Below are positions 58,631 to 64,000 of a DNA stretch of 64,000 bases, piece after piece; the first letter of the stretch is position 1, and each line of letters begins with the position of its first letter. A program made the translations under genes and the position numbers. Under the pieces are notes generated by a model. That model saw only the letters and a list, made by a program, of their open reading frames with translations. It was not told the DNA's origin and made no database searches. The DNA comes from Chitinophaga pinensis (lineage in GTDB: Bacteria > Bacteroidota > Bacteroidia > NS11-12g > UBA9320). The stretch lies in contig CAMDBP010000005.1 in NCBI GenBank assembly GCA_945889315.1, positions 53 to 64,052 of the forward strand. Reading direction: 5' to 3'.

Positions 58631-59869
58631 CATTTTTTCTAACCCCAAAACGCTTATTATTAAAAATACAACAGATCCAGGTAAAAATAAACGCGCCGCA
58701 CCCACGGGACCTGTAACTGCCATGAAATAACCGACAACAACAAACAAAGGCCAGGTTTTCCCGATCGTTTTGATGCTAAAAATAAATCCAGCAAGCTTCA
58801 ATAAGCTAATTCCAAGTAGTGCAAGAAATACTATAATTAGCCACCCTCCATCTTTTAATTGATTTACGGCTTGATTGTAACGCCCCCCTATAAACGCCTC
58901 TGTTAAACTGTCATTTTCAGTAGGGAGTCCAAAGTAGCTATAAAGTTCAAATCTGCCTGGATCTAAAACCATCTTGACAGAACCCATTACATGAATTTTA
59001 ATGTATGAGCTAATATTGTCCAAGATAGCGGTTGTACAAATCGTACTTGCTTCTACTTTATATCTTGCATACTCTTCTTTGGAGCGCGGTATTGTAAATG
59101 CTTTATTTTCAGAAAAAGCCATAGCAGAATCGTATCCAAAAGCGTCAGCAATCGTTAATCGAGCATTGTACTGAACTAAATTAATGGTGGTCATAGAGCT
59201 ATATTCAAAACGTCCAGTGTTTTGATAATTCAGACTCGAGGTAAAAAAGTAAACGAGAAAAGGAAATAGAAATGTCCAATAAATCTCATTTTTTTTAATC
59301 AAATAGTAACCAATAAGAAACGGAATAAATACTAAAGAAGGCAGGAGCACTGGTTTTATGGCCAATGCAATAGCCCATAAAAAACCTAGCCAAATCGACT
59401 TGTTTTTCTCAGCGTTTCGTTTGTCGAAGTATAAAAATGTCGCAATAGTTACAATAGCGCTCAGAAGTAGATCTGCAAAAACAAATGAACTATGTACCAA
59501 AAAAGTAAAATTTAAACTAAAAAGAACACCAAAAAGTAAAAAACTTCTTTTGGTAGATGTAAATACACGCAAAAAGAGTAGACCAATAAAAAATATTAAT
59601 AAGATAACAGTGGCTTGTGAAACCCGAATTAAGTAAATGTTTTGATGGTTAAAAAGCACATACAAAGGAATGGCTAAAGGTCTTTTTGCAAAGCTTCTGT
59701 AATCTATAAAATCTGTCGTATTTTTAGAATACAACAAGTTGTTATTCATCAAGTTACTTGCTGTTTGTAAATATTCTTGTTGATCTTTAAATAGTAAAGT
59801 GCCACTTAAAAAAGAGTAAATAAAGATGGCTAGTAGAGCTAATATTAAAGTTAAAAAAAGTCGTTTCAT
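58559..59869 (-). CDS. Polytopic membrane protein, probable GT-C fold glycosyltransferase
   Basis: TM1 followed by DQQEY loop, KRP..P.Y, AIKP and C-terminal ARLFLP, as in ArnT/PMT-like proteins. Confidence 0.6.
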   Translation of the reverse strand: MKRLFLTLILALLAIFIYSFLSGTLLFKDQQEYLQTASNLMNNNLLYSKNTTDFIDYRSFAKRPLAIPLYVLFNHQNIYLIRVSQATVILLIFFIGLLFLRVFTSTKRSFLLFGVLFSLNFTFLVHSSFVFADLLLSAIVTIATFLYFDKRNAEKNKSIWLGFLWAIALAIKPVLLPSLVFIPFLIGYYLIKKNEIYWTFLFPFLVYFFTSSLNYQNTGRFEYSSMTTINLVQYNARLTIADAFGYDSAMAFSENKAFTIPRSKEEYARYKVEASTICTTAILDNISSYIKIHVMGSVKMVLDPGRFELYSYFGLPTENDSLTEAFIGGRYNQAVNQLKDGGWLIIVFLALLGISLLKLAGFIFSIKTIGKTWPLFVVVGYFMAVTGPVGAARLFLPGSVVFLIISVLGLEKMLYFFQKRSKRQNVLSKFFFSLFP

Positions 59870-59973
59870 TTAGTAAAATATAGATGCATTTCTTTGATCT
59901 TTAAAAAGCAGGGTGTCGAACCTTCACTTAAGATTATTATTTTCGCAATAGTATTAAACAAAAAAACAAAAAA

Positions 59974-62406
59974 ATGAAAAAATTTTACATCTTATTTTCA
60001 CTTATAATTTTAAGTGTTGCTGCTTCTGCGCAATGCACGGAATTGTATTTCAGTGAGTATGCAGAAGGTTCTTCTAACAACAAGTATTTGGAGATTTATA
60101 ACCCTACCAGTGCAGACGTTGATTTAAGCGCCTATTCTGTATTTATGATTAACAATGGAGGCTCTAACGCAACAAGCAACAAAACATTCCAACTTTATGG
60201 AACACTTGCGGTTGGAGAAGTTTTTGTTATTTGCACGAATCAATCAAACGCAGCTATTTTAGCAAAAGCAGATACTGCTTTAGCGTTCCCAAGTGTTGTG
60301 CATTTTAACGGAGATGATGGCATTTGTTTACTAAAAGGCACGGACACTGTCGATGTTATTGGTGTTAGATGGGTAGATCCAGGAACAAACTGGCCAGTAG
60401 GATCAGGTAGTACCCTAGACTACACGTTAGTTAGAAAGTTTAGCGTAACTGAAGGTCAATTAAATTGGACTGTTGGAGCTACAGAGTGGGATGTATATGC
60501 AAAAGACGAGTGGTCTTATGCAGGAGCGCACAGCTCTACGTGTGGCCCAGCTACTGAACCTTCTTCGCCAGCTACAGATCCAACTGTTGATGCGGCTAAA
60601 GTTATCTCTATCTACAGCGAAACGTATAACAATGTTTCAGGAACTAACTTTTATCCGAACTGGGGACAAAGCACTGGTTACAGCGTTTTTGAAATAGGAT
60701 CAGATAGCATGATTAAGTATAATAACTTAAACTACCAAGGTATTGAGTTCGGATCAGATGTAAACGCTTCGACAATGGAGTTCCTTCACTTAGATGTGTG
60801 GACTGCAGACCTATCTAACCTTGAAATATACCCAATAAGCAGAAGCACCGGAGAGAGAAAAGTAACAAGTGCACTAAGTGCAGGTGAGTGGACCTCTATC
60901 GATATTGATCTTGCAGATTATACTTCTCAAAGTCTTTCTGTAGCGGATTTATTCCAATTCAAGTTTGTTGATCCAAACGGAAATAGCGGAACTATTTTCT
61001 TAGATAATATTTACTTTTATAAATCAAGCGAACCAGCTCCTACAACTGCAGCGGCAGATCCAACTGCAGCAGCTAAAGACGTAATCTCTTTGTTTAGTAA
61101 TGTTTACACAGATGTAACTGTTAATACTTGGAGAACAGGTTGGTCTGCAGCAAGTCTTGCAGAAATTAAAATAGGAACAAACGACGTAAAGCAGTACAGC
61201 AATTTAGATTTTGTTGGTGTTGAAGCGGTTGGTGCTAATTCAATCAATGCAAGTACCATGGAGTATTTCACTTTTGATGCATGGACTCCTCAGGGAACTA
61301 CATATAGAGTTAAATTAGTCGATTTTGGTGCGGACAACGCATACGGTGGTGGAGATGACAAAGAGCATGAAATTGCTTTTACCAATCAAGCTCTTGAATC
61401 ATGGAACAATCATAAGATTATGCTTTCTGATTTCACTAGCTTAACTACAAAATCAAATATTTCTCAAATTATCTTCTCTGCTGTTCCTATTGGAAGCACT
61501 ACTCTTTACCTTGATAACATTTATTTTAGTAAAAACCCTACATATACAGTAGCGGATATTGCAGATGTAATTATGCTTGATGCAGATTTAGCGGCGACAA
61601 ACAAAGGTGAACTATATGAGCTTACAGGTATTGTATACGGTGTTGACTTAGACGGAAACGCTGGACTATCATTCACCTTAATCGATGCAACTGCAGGTAT
61701 TAATATCTATAATTTTGCAGATGTTAATGACTATGTAGTTACTGAAGGTGACGATATCACTGTAAGAGGTAAAATTGATTTTTACAACGGATTGTTAGAG
61801 CTTTTCCCAGACAGCATCAGAGTAAACTCAGCGGGTAACACATTGAAAGATCCAATAGACGTTGCTGCTCCATCTGAAGCTACTGAGTCTAACTTTATCA
61901 GATTAGAAAAAGTGTGGATTACAAATGATACTACTACAGTTTGGCCTAATAACGGAAACGTAGAGTTAACCAACGAAGCCAAAGATACCTTCCAAATTAG
62001 AATTGACAAAGATATCCCAGGTATTGTTGGTCAACCAGTTTCATTTGATACTATGACTATTGTTGGTCTTGGTGGTCAGTTTGACGCAACAGCACCATAC
62101 AACTCAGGATACCAAATTTTCCCAAGAGGTTTAGCGGATATTACGGAGTGGGTTGATCGTTCATCTATCACTGATCTAAGCGTTGTAGCTAGAGTTTATC
62201 CAAACCCAGCAAGCAATAACTTAACGGTTGTGGGTTCAGAGAACTGGAACAACTATGAGGTGTATAATCTTTTAGGATCTAAAGTTGCTGAAGGAACGCT
62301 TTATAACAACAACTTGAGCATTTCTGCTCTTGTAGAAGGAAGCTATATTCTAAAACTGCATAACGCAGAAAAAGAAGGTATTGCTAAATTCATAGTAAAC
62401 AAATAA
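59974..62406 (+). CDS. T9SS type A cargo: lamin-tail domain, two carbohydrate-binding-like repeats, OB folds
   Basis: LYFSEYAEGSSNNKYLEIYN, FNGDD; two repeats ending DNIYF; VTEGD.ITVRG; YQIFPR; CTD VYPNPA...GSYILKL...KFIVNK. Confidence 0.82.
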   Translation: MKKFYILFSLIILSVAASAQCTELYFSEYAEGSSNNKYLEIYNPTSADVDLSAYSVFMINNGGSNATSNKTFQLYGTLAVGEVFVICTNQSNAAILAKADTALAFPSVVHFNGDDGICLLKGTDTVDVIGVRWVDPGTNWPVGSGSTLDYTLVRKFSVTEGQLNWTVGATEWDVYAKDEWSYAGAHSSTCGPATEPSSPATDPTVDAAKVISIYSETYNNVSGTNFYPNWGQSTGYSVFEIGSDSMIKYNNLNYQGIEFGSDVNASTMEFLHLDVWTADLSNLEIYPISRSTGERKVTSALSAGEWTSIDIDLADYTSQSLSVADLFQFKFVDPNGNSGTIFLDNIYFYKSSEPAPTTAAADPTAAAKDVISLFSNVYTDVTVNTWRTGWSAASLAEIKIGTNDVKQYSNLDFVGVEAVGANSINASTMEYFTFDAWTPQGTTYRVKLVDFGADNAYGGGDDKEHEIAFTNQALESWNNHKIMLSDFTSLTTKSNISQIIFSAVPIGSTTLYLDNIYFSKNPTYTVADIADVIMLDADLAATNKGELYELTGIVYGVDLDGNAGLSFTLIDATAGINIYNFADVNDYVVTEGDDITVRGKIDFYNGLLELFPDSIRVNSAGNTLKDPIDVAAPSEATESNFIRLEKVWITNDTTTVWPNNGNVELTNEAKDTFQIRIDKDIPGIVGQPVSFDTMTIVGLGGQFDATAPYNSGYQIFPRGLADITEWVDRSSITDLSVVARVYPNPASNNLTVVGSENWNNYEVYNLLGSKVAEGTLYNNNLSISALVEGSYILKLHNAEKEGIAKFIVNK

Positions 62407-62423
62407 TAAGATTTTAATTTTCT

Positions 62424-62459
62424 AAAAGGGTGTAAAGCAAAGCTTTACACCCTTTTTTT
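62424..62459 (+). terminator. Intrinsic terminator
   Basis: aaaagggtgtaaagc-aaa-gctttacacccttttttt. Confidence 0.88.
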
Positions 62460-62680
62460 GTGCTTTTTTAGCACAAAAAAAGGGTGCTTGGTTGAGCAAA
62501 TGAAAATAAATCTTAATTAACAAGAGGTTTCCAGCAGAATGTTTTATTATTTTAAATTGTAATGGTTGTTGTCTGATCACCTATTTTCTAAATAATCTAA
62601 AGCTAGTTTTAGTTGGCAGCAATAAACACACGTTTAAGCCTTGAAAGAAGTGAAGTGTAACGTGCCAATACACCATAAAA

Positions 62681-62708
62681 AAAGTCCCACTTTACAGTGA
62701 GACTTTTA
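62681..62708 (-). terminator. Terminator downstream of tRNA-fMet
   Basis: aaagtcccac-tttaca-gtgagacttt hairpin with an A-run on its left (U-tract on the minus strand). Confidence 0.65.
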
Positions 62709-62718
62709 TGCTGTTTAG

Positions 62719-62790
<72 letters not shown>

Positions 62791-62836
62791 TTAATTGGGG
62801 TGCAAAGATAAGGGAATTATTATTCTTAGCAAGCAA

Positions 62837-63688
62837 TCAGTTTAAAAAAATGTTGTCAATTAGTCTTACCCCCTCATACGTTACTGCTACGAGTATTATA
62901 ATGCTACCAGATTCCTTTATTGAGGTCACTTCATTTAGGGTCTCTGCATCTACTGCAAGTAAGTAATCTAAATCCGCACCTTTTTGTGAGCAAATAAATT
63001 GTTTTGCTCGGTTTACTAATTCCACCAAAGATCTACTTTCTACTTCGGCTTGTATATCTCTAATTGCTTTATAGATAAAAGCAGCATTTTTTCTGCCTTT
63101 ATCAGAAAGTCGTATGTTTCGGGAGCTCATGGCTAATCCATTCGGTTCTCGTTTTATGGGCACTATTTTGAGTGTTATATTAGAACGAGTTAGCTTAATT
63201 AGTGATTTAATTATGGCAGTTTGCTGATAATCTTTTTGGCCAAAGTAAGCGAAATCTGGTGAAACTATTTCAAATAGTTGACTTACTACATTGCATACAC
63301 CTTGAAAATGCCCTGGTCTGCTAGCACCTTCCATTTTGGACTCCAATTCGCCGAGCTCAAATTGTTGATGGACATATTCAGCCGAATAAACCTCCTCAAA
63401 TTCAGGTAAAAAAAGGATATCGCATTTGTGTTCAATAAGAATTTCAATGTCTTTTTCAATGGGTTTAGGATATTTTTCTAAGTCTGATTTGTCCCCAAAT
63501 TGAGTGGGGTTAACGAAAATGCTACATACCGTTATGGTGTTTTCGATCACACTCTCATCAATGAGAGATGCATGACCAGAATGGAGGGCACCCATGGTAG
63601 GTACAAAACCAATAGTAACATTTTGACCACGCTTTCGTATAGACGATAAATAGTCAATTAGGGCTTTTCTTGATTCAATAATATGCAT
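62837..63688 (-). CDS. panC: Pantoate--beta-alanine ligase
   Basis: GFVPTMGALHSGH, SIFVNPTQF, RPGHF, FGQKD, GLAMSSRN, RLIDN. Confidence 0.97.
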   Translation of the reverse strand: MHIIESRKALIDYLSSIRKRGQNVTIGFVPTMGALHSGHASLIDESVIENTITVCSIFVNPTQFGDKSDLEKYPKPIEKDIEILIEHKCDILFLPEFEEVYSAEYVHQQFELGELESKMEGASRPGHFQGVCNVVSQLFEIVSPDFAYFGQKDYQQTAIIKSLIKLTRSNITLKIVPIKREPNGLAMSSRNIRLSDKGRKNAAFIYKAIRDIQAEVESRSLVELVNRAKQFICSQKGADLDYLLAVDAETLNEVTSIKESGSIIILVAVTYEGVRLIDNIFLN

Positions 63689-63786
63689 ATATATACGTTA
63701 AAAATAGTTAAAATACAATAGTGCTGCGTTATTTTTATAGCTTTAAATGGCAGTACCTTTGCAATTGTATAACAATAACCCGTTCT

Positions 63787-64000
63787 ATGGACAATACACA
63801 GGAAAGAAAAAAAATTCTATTTATCTCTTCAGAAATGAGACCCTTTTTGGATGGAGACACACCACTGGCCGAAATTGCTAGATATCTTCCTCAAAAAATT
63901 CAGGAAAAAGACAATGAAGTAAGGATATTGGTTCCTCGCTTTGGTGTAATTAACGAAAGACGAAATAGACTGCACGAAGTAGTTCGGCTGTCTGGTATGA
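63787..64000 (+). CDS. Glycogen/starch synthase catalytic-domain protein; runs off the window
   Basis: Own translation MDNTQERKKILFISSEMRPF...EVRILVPRFGVINERRNRLHEVVRLSGM; divergent from panC with a TACCTTTG promoter. Confidence 0.85.
   Translation, partial: MDNTQERKKILFISSEMRPFLDGDTPLAEIARYLPQKIQEKDNEVRILVPRFGVINERRNRLHEVVRLSGM

Overview
Core-chromosome segment of an AT-rich Bacteroidota bacterium, shown by T9SS C-terminal domains, TAnnTTTG -7 promoters, no Shine-Dalgarno motifs, the MurF-Alr fusion and the panC/glycogen-synthase-domain pair. It holds about 50 CDS and one initiator tRNA. I see no prophage, transposase, CRISPR array or rRNA. The window very probably contains the replication origin: a gene-free AT-rich gap at 49832-50234 with DnaA-trios and relaxed DnaA boxes, an apparent GC-skew flip, mnmG nearby, and two parS palindromes written inside coding sequence. 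The most unusual items are: a methylmalonyl-CoA mutase with a shrunken small subunit fused to its N-terminus; an MltD-like LysM protein lacking the catalytic Glu, next to an SGNH enzyme; a Rho with a long disordered insertion coupled to a divergent lytic transglycosylase; a four-repeat lipoprotein plus beta-barrel pair; a recurring promoter-N5-ATG (leaderless) layout; a dinB-dnaE cassette; and several unexplained RNA structures. All family assignments are from motif recognition by eye. No database search was run, so novelty cannot be confirmed here.
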